A stretch of 64,000 bases of DNA from Lytechinus pictus (lineage: Eukaryota): contig NC_087251.1 of the NCBI RefSeq assembly GCF_037042905.1, positions 11,224,001 to 11,288,000 of the forward strand. The letters run 5' to 3'. Within the stretch, counting starts at the first letter, position 1, and each line of letters begins with the position of its first letter. Made by a program: the position numbers and the translations under genes. The notes beneath the pieces are model-generated. The model did no database searches and had not been told where the DNA came from. It saw nothing but the letters and a program-made list of their open reading frames with translations. This document shows positions 1 through 13,632 of the stretch, in pieces.

Positions 1-1258
1 TCTGTGATATGCAAATGAGAGTCGATGATGTCACTCACTCACTATTTCTGTTGCTTTGTATTGTTTGAATAATACAATATTTCAATTTTTACGAATTTGA
101 CAATTAGGATCCCCTTGCTTGAACCACAAAATGTTAAAATAATGGAATTACATGTGTTCAGGGAGGAATGAGACTTTGTTTCACATGACAATGACGAGAA
201 AATCAAAATATTTCATATAATAAAATACAAAAGAAATAGTGAGTGGATGATGTCATCAGTCCCCTCATTTGCTTGCCGACCAGGATGTGCATATATAGGG
301 ACAGTGATTTTCCGCGATCGCGGAAAACGGACGGAATTCACGGAAAGGGCCTTTTGAAACGGAAAGTGGCATTTCAAACGGAAAATCACGGAAAACGTAA
401 TTTCCCTCAAAATACACAGAATAGCAACAGAAATTACTCCAAAATCACAACAAAATGAGAATATTAAATGGCCACAAAACCCCATAAAACACGATCTCAC
501 TTCGCTACTATCATGACAATTCACACATCGTGACTGCACTCGACATCAGCACACTCAATTGTACTCCGCACCTGTCCCGTACCGATACCCGGGGCGGCGC
601 GGCCGGCCGTGTTGGGCTTCACATGCACACATATCGTTCAACTACACGGTCGTGTGTTGCTGCCCTCTACGTTTGAAGATGTAACAGCACGATATCGTGG
701 TTTTAAAATCCAAGATGGCGGATTGGCAAAAGCCGTTGACTGATGATAACGATGTCCAAAAAAAACCCAAATTATCGATGAAATATGATTACACCGTGAA
801 ATAATGCTAATAATGTGAAAGGTGAGGATGTATGCATGCTAAATGGGTTTGTAAAAATGTTTTATGCACCCGCATAGATCCGATTAGAACGGATTCTATT
901 GTGTTGTTGGTACAGTAGCAGATACAAATTTTGACCAGTGCGATTCAATATGATTTTGCTATTCAATGTGTAAACGGAATTGTCACTTTTCCGTGTGTAC
1001 AAAGTCTATGGGGAAACGGAATTTCCGTTTTCTGACATGCTGAAACGGAATTTGAGATTTTCTGAAACGGAAAAGGCAATTTTTTGAAACGGAAAATCAC
1101 TGTCCCTACATATAACTGTTTTGAAAAATTAAGCGAAACTTTAAAATGTTATAACATTACTTATTTTACATCCGATTTCGATGACATTTTCAGTGTTATG
1201 TTTGTTTGATAATTCTCTTTCTATTCAAATCAGCTTTTTGTTGGGGTGGACTTGTCCT
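1..1258. mobile_element. Kolobok-type TTAA MITE (left end outside window), interrupted by the 296-1108 element
   Basis: Same family as 23340-23943 and 24914-25499; ends GGGGTGGACTTGTCCT + ctaa. Confidence 0.8.
296..1108. mobile_element. Non-autonomous TIR element, TAGGG ends, 6-bp TSD (hAT-like)
   Basis: TIR TAGGGACAGTGATTTTCCG / CGGAAAATCACTGTCCCTA; CATATA at 290-295 and 1109-1114; empty site GTGCATATAACTG seen (reverse) near 25052-25066; subterminal ACGGAA repeats. Confidence 0.85.
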
Positions 1259-2244
1259 CTAAGTATCACTTTTGTAACCAAATATACTCATTTCTTTACA
1301 GTTGCAATTTATTTTTCATTAGTAACTCGGGGATCAGTTTTGTATTTACCAGAGACTCAGAGTGCTCAAAAACTTTAATTTTGACTCAGAGTGCTCAAAA
1401 ACTTTACTTTTGGGCATTTATTGTGTTGGCCTTCTATTGGTGGAAAGTATAATGGCAAGAAAATGCAAGAAAAAAGTCATTCAACAATCTCTATTTTAAT
1501 TGATAAAAAATAAAAGAACTCAATTTACTTAAGAGCCAAGTTATATGATGAATTGTAATAAAAACTGACAGTGTAAAAAATCAAGCATTTGTCCTCAAGA
1601 ACAGGAGAAAATCAGCATGGAAATATGCCGCAGATTTAGCAATTTGAAGGCCGAAATTACGATTTTCAACGGGGATTTTGGTGAGGTGTACCTCCGGATT
1701 GGCGCTAATGCAGTTTCATGGGTTTTTCTTTTAAAAATCATTGATTTAAATCACTTCCATTGGAACATGTACAAATGATTGACAATTTTTTTTCGTTAAA
1801 GGTCATTTGGGGGTCAAAAGATTATACTGCATATTGATCGCAAAATCAGGCGAGACTTGTGGTATGTGAACCAGCTTGTATGTCTTGGAGTACATTGCAA
1901 AAACTCTACGTCAACATAACATTGGCCTAGCATCTATACACCAACTGGTGTTGCTGAAACGCACCCTAATTGCCACCTCAAAGCCAAACTGGTGTTGCTA
2001 GTTTGGATACTAAGAAACCATGTGGCTCACTGTTGAACGCTTTGACATATCTACAAAGAGTACATTAAAGTACAGAGTAAGTAAAGAGTACATTGTGTAG
2101 AGGACATGGCTTATCAAGTATGTGGCCCAGTCATGTAACAAATTACCAAATTTTTTCTTTGAGTAAACCCATGTTGATGACGGTTAGAATTAATAGAAAT
2201 TGGCGTACATTTATATGATGGCATTTTTATTCATTTTAATGCAG

Positions 2245-2441
2245 CATTCTTGCCATAAGTGTGGTCATGCATATTGTAAAACCTGCCTTCCTCACAAGAC
2301 CTCACTTCCAGGAAAGGATCCCAAAAAGCAACAAAATGTTTGTAATGACTGCTTCAAACTCCTACAACAAACCAAGCCAGACATGCATAGGGACAACTTG
2401 AGGAATGAAGGCAGATACTCGCCTCCGGAGAACTTTAAAAA
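2245..2441 (+). CDS. ZFYVE19: ZFYVE19 exon (FYVE domain core)
   Basis: tttaatgcag|CATTCT...TTTAAAAA|gtgag; [14 protein letters not shown]...CNDC...SPPENFK. Confidence 0.92.
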
Positions 2442-5400
2442 GTGAGCAATATAACCCACAAATGATCTTAACCTATTATTCATAGTGGAATGGAGAAACG
2501 AAACATGCAGAACCTTTCAGGTCATGCATATCTCTTGGATGAAAGAAGCTACATTTTTTAGGACCTGCCTACTGACTGTTATGTCCTTTATCTTCTCCAA
2601 TTTTCTCTTCTATTGCTCTCATCTCTTTTTCAAAACTATTTGTGCAATACGTATTAGCAGTTATTATTTTCAAATGTATATGTGGTATGTTCTTACTTTT
2701 ACTATTTCTGAAAATGAGCTATATGTATTTTTAAATGAAAAAACTCTGATATCAAATCACAAATTTTTGTCAAAACATGTGTGAAGACTATGTCAATTTG
2801 AATACAGGTACCGTAAGGGCACTAGTTATACGGCGACGGATTTTGGTACTAGTATTCAACCCGTCGGCACTAGTATTCAACCTAGCGATGAAAGATGGCC
2901 CTATCTCTCAATCTGCCCTTGTCCCATCCGACTATGGACTAGACCATTTGAGATGAGACCAAACAGGGAATTAATCAAAGCCAGAGATTTACATAGATCC
3001 AGATCTAATTTAGCAATCTAAACCCTTTTGAGATTTGCTATCAATCCTCACTAGGTTGAATACTAGTACCATTCAGTGCAAAAGGCCATCACCGCATAAT
3101 TCGATCCTCCGCGCATACAGTCGACAGATTGACAAAGAAAATATCGACAACAGATTACCCTGGAAATAACAAACGTGTGAAATTAAGATAAATTCCCTAT
3201 TTCTAAATATTTTGGGGAATATGTCAAAATCTTTGAATTATGCCGGGTTGAATACTAGTACCCATACGGTACTTAGTGACTTACATTTATCTCTGTGGAT
3301 AAACTATTAGAAAGTCATTAGCTTTTAAAATCATGTTTATTGTTCAGAAATGAATAAAGAGAAACTTGTGTGAGTAAAATCTGAGGGGGGTTCATTATGT
3401 CTTCTGCCCTTTTACATGTCATTGATCAGGGGCCCCAGATAAAAATTCATAACAATTATTCATTTCATTTTTTATATTTTAACAATGAAATCACACAGGC
3501 AAAATGAAATAATCAACATAATTAAATGCAAAGTGAATCAGGTGAAAAGCATAGCTTCATTATGTAGCTTCCCATGGAAATTAAATATCTCTTTATAACT
3601 GGTATGCAAACCAGTCTTATCTTGTTTTGCAATATGAAATATGATTCTATTTGTTGGTTGCATGTGTTACAGGATCCTGATACATTAAACCTCGTCTGAA
3701 AATCTATTTCAAATCTTGACAGGAGAGTTGCTGCTCTTCACGAGAAAGAGCAAGGAAAGCAGCCCTCATCAAGACAGCCAGGACCATCACAATCTTCATC
3801 AGATGCTTCATCAGCTAATCAAGCAGCAAAGTATAAAGATCTAGCACCAGCAGACAGAGACATTGCTATGAGGTTGGACAAGCTTAAGGAGGACCGAAAG
3901 AAAAGAGAGAGTAAGAGTGAATCACTTAAAAATATTGTTGATATTGCCAATTGTACAGTTATTGTTTTTCTGTAATCTGTATGAAGTTTGGATCTGTATT
4001 CAGCCACCAACATTATACTGTATTACTTTTTAATTAATCATTGCAATTTACACCTAAGGTATGTTTTCACTTTTTAGATAATAAAAAGACAATCTCCTGT
4101 AAAAATTAACATTATACTATGGCATATAGGTTAAATTGATTTAATATTTGATAAGTAATTTTTTCTTAAATACTTGGTTACTTATTCTGCCATACTTTGA
4201 AATACATGTGTGCATTTTTTGTGCCTTCACAGACTATGTTTCTTTAGTATTATTTTGATTAATAATTGCTTTTATAGTTTTCAATTTTTATATTGAAATA
4301 ATTGTTTTCCATTAAATGAAATAGAATTTATGATTAAATATAACTATACTGTTCCGTTCTGATAATTTGAATATTTTGATTTTTTTCATGTTATCATTTA
4401 AGTAAAAATATTTGTTTATTTATGTTACCAAGCATTGCTTAGATATTTTTTACTCAGATTTTGATTAATTTTCGTGTATGATATGATGATTTTTGTTGTT
4501 CTTTATTATTTTTTCATCAGGTCATTGATGAAAAACAGTTTTATGCTAATCTTTTGTACCTGAATAAATATGTTCTAATAATATATAAATATTTGTTGTT
4601 GTCGTAATCATAAATTAGCAATGAATGAAATAGGGTAATCATGATTTTTTTTTCATCAGCATTGATGAAGTAAGGATTGTATTTTATTTGAATGAGAATT
4701 GTGAGATTTCCACAATTCTGAATCTTAGATAATTATAAAGAATATTTTTTTACAAAAAATACTATGAACTATATGATTTTGTTGCAATGTACAAGAGTGT
4801 TTATATGAAGCTTGCAGTCTGATAATTGTTTTTGTTTTTTATTTAGAACCTGTGCTAACTCAAAGTGAGATTGAGGAAAGGCTTCGCAATCTCCAGGGAC
4901 ATCAACCATCTTCTGAAACAAATCAAAACGCAGTATGTAATATTAATCACTGTAATGTGAAGATTCAACTTCACTCAAACTGCTGTCCCCATACAAAGTA
5001 ATGTAAATATTGGATACAGGTTTTAAAAATTATCAGGTTTTTTTTTTGTTGTAGAGTATGCAAGAAGGTGAGGTAGCCTTTGCTAAGTTTTAAACCTTCT
5101 GAACCTTCTGAAGTTGACACCGGCAAATCGCCAGCGTGCTGCTCATGTGTGGGTTAGAGTGTTGCTCTGAAACTTTTTACAGATATTTTGTTCTTTATGT
5201 TAGGATCCGGGTTAGTGTGTTGCTCTGAAACTCTTTACAGATATTTTGTTCTTTATGTTAGGATCCAATAAGTTCCAAGCTCTAAGTTTTCTTGGAAAGG
5301 AAGAATTTTTATAAGTTTCTGTCTGGGCAAAGGGCACTTCTATGCAGGTACCACTATTGTACCTTGTCTCCCTTGTTGAAATCAAGTTCATGTATTCCTC

Positions 5401-8400
5401 TTTGTTTACACCATTTACAGTCTGCTCTTTTCCCTTCTACTTTCCAGTGTATCTAGTAGGAGATATTTTAACATTCCACTGACGCTACTTTCACAGCAAT
5501 AATCTCCACAACAAAAATGGGCTACCTTGCATTGAACCCCTTCTAGAATTCTAACTTGATCGACTTTATGTGGATCCCATGCACAAGTGGCATACTCTAA
5601 AACTGGTCTGACTAATGATTTTATAGGCTTCATGTATGACTTTGACATCCCTCGGACAAAACCCTAAATTTCTCCGCAGAAAGCCAAGGGTTTTATGGGT
5701 TTTGTTAGCTGTTTTATCCACTTGTTCCCTTTATGATGGGATGTTGTCTTTTATATCACCTGTCCACAAAAAGGATTGTGTCAGCTCCAATGTCAAATTC
5801 AGACAATTGGTCATCATTGATAAAGAGTAATGACTTTATAAAATTATTCTTGAAGACTCTTCAAAGCTTTATGAAAGCACACAATAATTAAAGGGATACT
5901 CCAGATTGAAATATACCTTGAATATTAAGAAAAAATGGACAATTAAAACATAAAATTTCATCAAATGCACATTAAAATAAGAAATTTAATGAATATCAAA
6001 GTTTTGCAATATTTTGGTTATTTTGTCATTGATATTCAAGGAGTGAGTTGTTGATTTCATGTCCCCATCATGTTTTTTGTGCAGTTTTCTTTTTTTAGTG
6101 TTCATGTTTCATCAAACTTATGCAAAAGTTGAAAAGGCCATAACTTTATGACTTGTCAACTGATTTTATTCAAATTTTCAGTGTTTCACTTGTTTGATTT
6201 TTCTGTATTCAAATTGTATAATTATCAGCTTGACGTGCCCATTTCAAGGTCAAGAACCGTTTATCATAATGATTTGCTCTTTATAACTGAAAGGTTTTAC
6301 CGAGATCAAATAAAACAGTGAATGAGCAGTTCGATGATCTTCTAGATCAGATGACAGATGAAGTGGCTTTAGATGCAAGATTAGAAGGCAATGATGCTAC
6401 TACTTACGGTGAGTTATGTCATATTCTTCTTTCTTAATTTAGTTTTGTGACACTGCCTATGCAAGTGCCTTTATCTAGCCTGAAATGTGCAAGGCAAGTT
6501 GTAAATGTTCTGTGCAAGTGCGCGATGACTGTTTCAAGCTGCCTAATCTTTGAAGGGCAAATTACAGCATGTAATGAAAATCTCCATATATTGATAACGT
6601 AGGCTTTTGTACTATTTCAGCAGTGTTTGGGGTCCATGTTGTGGGTTTGGACAGTTCATTTCCTTCTCAAAGGCTTTCCAAGCTTTACTGTCTGTGTGTT
6701 TCTTATGGTTGATACCAGGGTCCCCTCAACACAAAGCTGAGCACTTGATTATGTAGGTGAATTTCAAGCTTGATTATAATGATCATATTGTGCTATGAAA
6801 CATAGAAACCAATTCTATTTTTCCTCATAAGCTATGCTTCCCCGGACAGGCCCCGTAACTTCAGGTTGACTTTGTTCTTTGTCTTTTCATGAAAGCATGT
6901 AATATTAACTGCTCAGATGCATAGCATCCTTATGGCAGGATTCCTGGAATGTTAATTGCTCAAAGTGCTTCAATCAGACAATATAATTATATCTTGGTAC
7001 ATTTGCCTCACCCCATGTTTTCCAAACACTCCAGTACCCTTGTAATCCACATTTAGACCCTGTTCAATATGTTTTAGGGTGCTTTCTCAAAAAGTTCCTT
7101 TCTACTAGAGACTAGTAGCACAATCCTTCTTTTTCAGCAGAATTTAAAAAAAACTGTCCATATACATGTATTTGTCTTTCAGCAATAATATTGGCTACCC
7201 CTCCCTGTGCATTTATGACTGACCATGTATACATGATTTCTAAACTATTTTTTGAAACCCTACTCATTGCATAATGTGCAGTACATTCCTTCACTCTTTC
7301 ATAACAGAGCATAGAGAATACCATGCTGCACTCTTTGAGATAAAGGATGGAGTGCATATCACTACCATTTTCACTAAGTGTCCAAATTGGACAAAATCAA
7401 TGAAAAAAATATAAATTCAGGCAGTAGATTGTAAATTGTCGGCAATATTTCTCACAAAATTCAGAGGTCTCACTCAATTCATTAAAAAAATATTTACTAT
7501 GGTGGTGTAAGAAATAAGTTTCAAATTCAATTTTATACTTTTTGTGGCCACTAAACAAAAATTAAAGTTTTAAACTTGTATGTCTCAAACTTTGTTTCTC
7601 TCTGCCAAATTCTCTTTGGATGGTTCATGAAAATGGGACAATATGTACCCTTTCACTTGACTAGTACGAGGGTTGACCTGTTGTTTTCTGGAATCTGGTG
7701 GTCCCTGGACATAGCCTATGGAAATTATACTATTCAATGTTCAATGTGTCAATATGTTATTGTCAGATCCAGCTGCAGCCAAACGAGCCCCCACATGCTC
7801 AGGACCAGGACAAAACACTGATCCACTCTTGCCTGATGAAGATGAGATGAAACAACTCACAGAAGATGCCAAGAAATTATTAGGTTAGTACTCTGAGAAA
7901 CTTGCCGTGGTACACTAGAAAAAAATTGTGGGGAAGTCCACCCTGAATTCAAGTTGGCCTTTTAACAATGCCTCGCGACTTGGCGAGACTTCTCGTATTG
8001 GCTGATTCGAGACAAGCAGCCAACGAAGAGAATTAGCATGACCCGAGTGAGCTCGAGATCCTTTAGAAACCTGGAGGAGACATGAATGTATGAATTATTG
8101 GTGTTGATTACGTCATGGGACCAGGATTATCTGAGAGGTAGCTATCGCGAGTCAGAATTAATGGTAAACATAACAAATCTATTCAGGTTCCGTAAGGCCC
8201 CGTGACTTGGCTCACATTCATCCGGCTTTTCGCAAATAGTATTTTTTTCCAGTCGGTAGGCATTTGATATTAATATAACAGCCAGGACTTTGTTTAAAGG
8301 CTAAATTCAAGTTGGTTTTGATCCTGATATAAGCTACTGATATGTTATTTCAGGGGCTGAGAGCAAATTCATCATCAAATTGTAGCACATTGTTATTGGT

Positions 8401-11400
8401 AGCAATTTTAATGAGATGGTCTTCTGGTGCAGAGAGCCAAAAGGAGCTAGTGAGCAATTCTAATTTGATATAAGTAGGGGAAGGCGGGGTAAGTTGTGAC
8501 ACTTTTTGCATTTTGCATGTTAGAATTGATATGACCAATAATATTGTAGTATTAAGTACCTTGCCTTTAAATTTGATTCTTGGGAAATATTTTTCACCTA
8601 CTTTCTACCCCCACACTGAAAGTCATTGTGACCTTTGAAAAAAACAATGTCAAATGGCTCAACTTGCCCCATCTGTGGGGTAAGTTGTGCCACCTTCTGG
8701 GGGTAAGTTGAGCCACAAAAACTATGTACAAAATGTATGCGGGAAGAACCAGCATGTCAACTTTTTATTTAGTCCTTTCACTTTCTAATTCTCTATAAAT
8801 ACTAACATCCTCTAAAAGTAAAAGAACTGTCATGTGAATTTGCTCCTTTCTGCCTGCATATCAATGGCTTTTTAAGGTTTGTTTGTTTTTTAATTATACA
8901 TTACCATAAAAATTATTATGGCTCAACTTGCCCCATATTGGCTGGCACAAATTTTGTTTTACCCCAGTCCGAACTTAATGCGGTATTTTCACATCCACAC
9001 ATTTCTTATGCATCCATCATGTAAAAGACTATAACAAGAATGAGAATCCATACATGGACTAACAATATTGTTCTTATTTCTTGATTATATTTAAAGACAT
9101 GTGTGAGTAAAAAGCACTGATCTATTTCACACCCTTTTTTACTTTTTTGGCTGAAATTTGTATTTTTCCCTCTAAAAAAGTACTTTTTGTTTCAAAGTTG
9201 AAAACAATGTGGTGGGGTTAAGGGTTATGTAATGGGTCATCAATACATGACACCACCACAATGTCTGACTCATTCATTATTGGCCTGGGGGTGGTGGCTC
9301 AACTTGCCCCTATGCTCAACTTACCCCACCTTCCCCTATATAGTTTGAATTCATCAAAATCTAATTATATCCATTTTTTTGCATAATAAAGATGCATTAA
9401 TTACAAAGTGCAGAGAGTTTAAACAAATGAGCAGCATATTTATAGAAAGATCATGGATTCTAGCATTGTACGTGATTTGGGGCATTTATTGTATTCAATT
9501 CTGCTTTGTCTTCATGATAAAATCAAACAGAGAGTATCCATGTATATTGCAGCTCAAAAAGATAAGACTTCACAAAAAGAACCCTTTAGATTTTGATCAC
9601 CTGTTTGAAATATTGTCCTTCAGGTGAGAAGACCTTGTTTATCAAAATTTGAGATTAAAAAAAACAATTTTTTAATTTTTGTCTTGCCTACATCGCAGAG
9701 CAAGAATATAGACACTGATTTTCTGACTGCGGCAGCAGCGGCGTCAACATTGAAATCTTTACCTAAGGCTAAGTTTCTGAGATGACTTTATAACTTAGAA
9801 AGTAATGGACCTCGTTCATGAAAAGTCATTTAGGGTCAATGAACTTAGACCATGTTGGGGAATCAACATTGAAATCTTAAGCTAGGGTCAAGTTTTTGAA
9901 ATGTCATCATAACTTAGAAATCATAGGACCAAGTTCATGAAACTTGGACGCAAGGATAATGAAGTATTACTTGAACATCCTGCTCAAGTTTCAGGTCACG
10001 TGATCCAGGTCAAAGGTCATTTAGGGTCGATGAAGTCTGGCCATGTTGGGGTTATTTGTTGAATTGCCTTCAAAACTATGAAAGTTTATGGATATAGTTT
10101 ATGAAATGTGGACATAGGGGTAATCAAGTATTACTGATCATCTTGCACAAGTCTAGGTCAAGGTCAAATGTCATTTAAGGTCAATTAATGTAGTATTTTT
10201 ATTATTATATGAATGGTGTTTTTGTAAATAATCATTTTATAGCCATTTTAAAAGTCAGCACTGCTGCTATATTGAATCATATAATGCAGGTGAGACTGCC
10301 AGAGGCACTCCACTTGTTGTTTTAATGACTAGATAATCTATCAAGTAATGTCCTATCTGAAATACAAGCAATTATGCCTTCTTAGAAACATTGTCATATT
10401 GGATAAAACATTCATCTTCACTCCTAAATATTTTGTCACTATAAGAAAAAAGTGCTTGTACAATATAACATCTTCCTATAACAGGAGAGTCTTCAAGCAA
10501 CACAGAACAGCCTTCCAGGGGTACCAACCCTCAACCACCAGGAGGCCCTGATGGGGGTGAGGATGAGAGTAATGCAAGGAAACTGGCAGAGGAGGCAAAC
10601 AAGCTGATGGAGGCAGCAAGGGCTGAGCTCCATCTGGAGGAGGAGGCCACCAAGAGAGGAGCCGAGAGGGATGCAGAGATTGCAGGGAGACTGGCTCATC
10701 TCAAGGGTGCACAGTCAGGAGAAAATACAGGTTAGGATCTTCGATTTGATTACACAGCCTGGCCAGTCCCGGGTGTGTCAGTGTGTGTTGTGTCTGATAC
10801 TTGGCTATTGAGGATTTAAGTAGGCCTGGGTCTTAAAAATTAGACTTGGAAATTTGATGTATGTCCTGTCAAAGATGTATATGGGAGTAACAGCAATCTA
10901 ATCTGAATTTGGGTAATGAGATAGATTGTCAAACGACACAGAGGGCATTATAAACATGTCAGTGACTCGGTCGTGTTCTTAATTCGTCGGCGGTCATCCG
11001 AACCGTCGTATCACACATACGATGGTGCAAACCCATTTCAGAGAAAATTGACTTCAAAGTTAACTATAATATGCACACTTAGTTTCCCATCCTTGCAACA
11101 TATTCATTGCTAGAAAAATACATGGTTGGAAAGACCAAGACAATTGCTTGACATTGGTATCCTTATTTGTACACAAAACTGAGGATCAGAGAAAATATCG
11201 CAAAAGAGCTACATGCTTGTAATTTCGGTTTTAGCAACTGTAAGCTGAAATTTTGTGGGAGTTTTTATTTTAGCTTATTTAATGTTTCAAACATATCCAC
11301 TTCAGTAAATTGCCATTCCTGCAAGTGCGTTCTTATAACAACTCTTGAAAATGCCAAATAAATATTTCATAAAATCCTGAAAATAGCTGTATGATATTAC

Positions 11401-13632
11401 ATTGCCATATGATCCACACTTGTGTCTTTGAAGTAATTAAAAATTTTGTTGAATAATTGATGTTATTAATTGTTACTTTTCTTTCTGGTTTATAGGGAAT
11501 CTTCACCTTGATGGAGATAGTGATGAAGATGAAGAAAAAGCTTCCCAGAGACTCATTCAACAGGTATGGGTATCCTCAAAGAAAAAAAGTGATTAATTCT
11601 TTTGAATACAGTTATAAGAATTTATTTCCTTTGTCATAAAAAATGATTGACAATGCAAATACTTTCGCGCATACTCATAATAATACATTATGTTTTTATG
11701 AGCTGACGTGATCAGTCAACACAAAAGTTCCATCACAACTTAACTGATGATTGATGGGGAAACTACTATTTTTTTTTCCAATCCTATAAGAAGATTATGA
11801 GTATGTTGGATATAATCTTGCATAATCTTGAGTTCCAGTGGGCCCATGAATAATTTTTATTTGGAAGAGCTGGTCTCCCCCATCATTTCAGAGAATCATA
11901 GAGTTATCATGACCTTAATCAAATTCAACAATATCTGGTTGTTGAAAGTCCAGCATGAATGTGAGAAATCTTACCAGGAAAGATCCATTTAATTCCTCTT
12001 TGCCCAATCAAAATACAAAATGGTAACTGCACAGAGAAATGTCAGTTCACATATTTTTGTTTTAAATGTTTATTACATTAGATATTGGAGGAAGATAAGT
12101 TGGATGACAGAGTAGCTGCTGATGGGTTCCAAGTACCAACAGAGAAAGTACATCCTAAACCAACAAGCAACACAAATGTAAGTTGAAATAATTTGTTTCT
12201 TTCCATCACGTATCTTTGAATCATGATTTGTGGGTGTTTTTTGGGGGGGACATGTATCATACAGATATTTTATATTTTTACCGGTACACATTACATGATT
12301 GTGATTATTAGTTAATTATTTTAGTAAGTTATTTTTATATGTATCCTTTGTTATTGGTTTTCTTTGGGGGGGGGGTTCTTTATTGATCTTTTCATTTGTT
12401 TATTCAATTCTTGATTTTCTTTTTTTATTGATTCATTTATCTTTTGCATGTATATCATATTCCTTGCCTTCAAAAAGAATGTCATATCTATCAATTCAAC
12501 TGTTTATTTGTATTTTACTTCATACATATGTGTATTTATTCACTTATCTTTTTTTTTTTTTATATAAGTTGCATTTCTACGTACACTTTCTCTGCCTTGA
12601 GGAAAAGTTTACCAAGGGTCCATTACATTAATTCATCTCTTTCTAATTCATTCTTACCTATGAATCATCATTGAATCTGCAGATTTCTGAGAACCCTCCA
12701 CTAGAACAACACAAGCATGACCCTCCAGGACCCCAGACAAACCCTGATGAGCTGCCGTGGTGTTGCATCTGTAATGAAGATGCTATTGTGAGATGTGTGG
12801 ATTGTGATAATGATCTCTACTGTAAAAGATGCTTCAGGTCAGTAGTTATGGTTTCAAAAAGAATGATTGATTAGTAATTCTGAAAGATATGACCGATATT
12901 TGCAACTGAGGGGTAGCGCACTGCTGTAAAACCTGTGTACAAGACTGTACTTACCGCAAACATAGCATCTGTTACCAGGATGTTTGTACCGCTCACCTTA
13001 TTGGTTCATGTGTTTGGAATAAGACTTTTTGTCTCATCTTGCAGGTTTGTTATGATGTTTAATTTGGTGGCTGGCAGAAACGGCAGTTGTTACCATGATA
13101 TTTGTACTCTAATATTAACTGATTGGTTATCATGTTTGGAAATCAGCCTGTTATTATCCAGCCATGCATGATTCATGATGATACACTACCCTAAAAGTTG
13201 GCAGTACATTCCTAAAGGAAATGTCATGCATCGTCCTTTGAAGTCGGCAGTAAAGACAGCAAGAAAATGGTGGTCTGAGATGTGTGGATTGATTATGATC
13301 TTTACTTAATTAAATAGATTCTTTGGTTTAGCGTGTACGCTTTCAACACTAATGATAGTGTTGAAATTTTGAATATCTGAATATCAAATTATTCATGCTG
13401 AGAGGTGATAGTATATGAGTATTTTTTTATATGACTAGAGCCATCAGTCCTCTTATCACTTGCCTACAAGCATTCATGCTTTTCTTTAATAGCCATGGGA
13501 GTAATTGAATGACTAACGATGCTTACCTTGCATTCATTTTATATTCTTTTATTCAAAATCTACAGAGAAGGACACAGAGACTATGGAATTGAGAGTCACA
13601 AGGTTAAACCATACAAGCCTCCCAATAAATGA
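2245..13632 (+). CDS. ZFYVE19: Abscission/NoCut checkpoint regulator (ANCHR, FYVE + C-terminal B-box-like zinc finger), 5'-partial; join(2245..2441,3723..3910,4847..4932,6294..6408,7767..7883,10485..10730,11496..11563,12082..12177,12683..12837,13566..13632)
   Basis: Ten exons with GT-AG ends and matching phases give 1335 nt (444 aa + TGA). Protein has FYVE-type [14 protein letters not shown]...VCNDC, then [61 protein letters not shown], and [35 protein letters not shown]. These match remembered ZFYVE19 motifs in order. Confidence 0.93.
2811..3269. mobile_element. TA-flanked MITE (Tc1/mariner-pogo-like, CCGTA ends)
   Basis: ta|CCGTAAGGGCACTAGT ... ACTAGTACCCATACGG|ta; internal ACTAGTATTCAACC repeats. 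Confidence 0.75.
3723..3910 (+). CDS. ZFYVE19: ZFYVE19 exon
   Basis: cttgacag|G...GAGA|gtaag; [10 protein letters not shown]...[19 protein letters not shown]. Confidence 0.9.
4847..4932 (+). CDS. ZFYVE19: ZFYVE19 exon
   Basis: tttatttag|AA...GCA|gtatg; [17 protein letters not shown]. Confidence 0.88.
5151..5268. repeat. Two-copy ~59-bp tandem duplication near the 3' end of a LINE remnant
   Basis: GGGTTAG..TGTTGCTCTGAAACT..TTACAGATATTTTGTTCTTTATGTTAGGATCC occurs twice. Confidence 0.8.
5270..5760 (-). mobile_element. Non-LTR retrotransposon (CR1/Jockey-group-like) ORF2 3' remnant
   Basis: [18 protein letters not shown]...ILEGVQ...TLESRR is the typical post-RT LINE motif; frameshifted. Confidence 0.8.
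5892..6241. mobile_element. Decayed Kolobok-type MITE
   Basis: ttaa|AGGGATACTCCAG start, AAATTTCATCAAA and CATAACTTT blocks shared with the other copies. Confidence 0.55.
6294..6408 (+). CDS. ZFYVE19: ZFYVE19 exon
   Basis: ctgaaag|GTT...TACG|gtgag; [30 protein letters not shown]. Confidence 0.85.
7767..7883 (+). CDS. ZFYVE19: ZFYVE19 exon (symmetric phase 1-1, 117 nt)
   Basis: ttgtcag|AT...TTAG|gttag; open in the required phase; [14 protein letters not shown]...[15 protein letters not shown]. Confidence 0.7.
7913..8254. mobile_element. Possible small TIR element (CACT(A/G)GAAAAAAA ends)
   Basis: CACTAGAAAAAAA ... TTTTTTTCCAGTC flanked by GGTA on both sides; CpG-rich interior unlike the flanks. 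Confidence 0.35.
8477..9336. mobile_element. TA-flanked MITE (pogo-like)
   Basis: ta|GGGGAAGGCGGGGTAAGTTG ... CAACTTACCCCACCTTCCCC|ta; internal GGGGTAAGTTG/CAACTTGCCCC repeats. Confidence 0.85.
9676..10317 (+). mobile_element. Helentron-associated non-autonomous element (HINE/DINE-like), short diverged copy
   Basis: T-run start, (GGC)n-GTCAAC, AGGTCA-rich units, 3' ATGCAGGTGAGAC-TGCCAGAGGCA-CTCCACTTG-TT; same family as 45930-47521. Confidence 0.8.
10485..10730 (+). CDS. ZFYVE19: ZFYVE19 exon
   Basis: ctataacag|GA...ACAG|gttag; [15 protein letters not shown]...[10 protein letters not shown]. Confidence 0.88.
11496..11563 (+). CDS. ZFYVE19: ZFYVE19 exon
   Basis: tttatag|GG...CAG|gtatg; [22 protein letters not shown]. 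Confidence 0.9.
12082..12177 (+). CDS. ZFYVE19: ZFYVE19 exon
   Basis: acattag|ATA...AAT|gtaag; [19 protein letters not shown]. Confidence 0.88.
12683..12837 (+). CDS. ZFYVE19: ZFYVE19 exon (C-terminal zinc finger)
   Basis: atctgcag|ATT...TTCAG|gtcag; [31 protein letters not shown]. Confidence 0.93.
13566..13632 (+). CDS. ZFYVE19: ZFYVE19 last coding exon
   Basis: atctacag|A GAA GGA CAC...[28 protein letters not shown]. Confidence 0.9.

Noticed and set aside
2200..2244. ORF-track start for the FYVE protein
   Set aside because: Intronic sequence before a clear acceptor at 2244; the first FYVE CxxC pair is missing and should be on an upstream exon.
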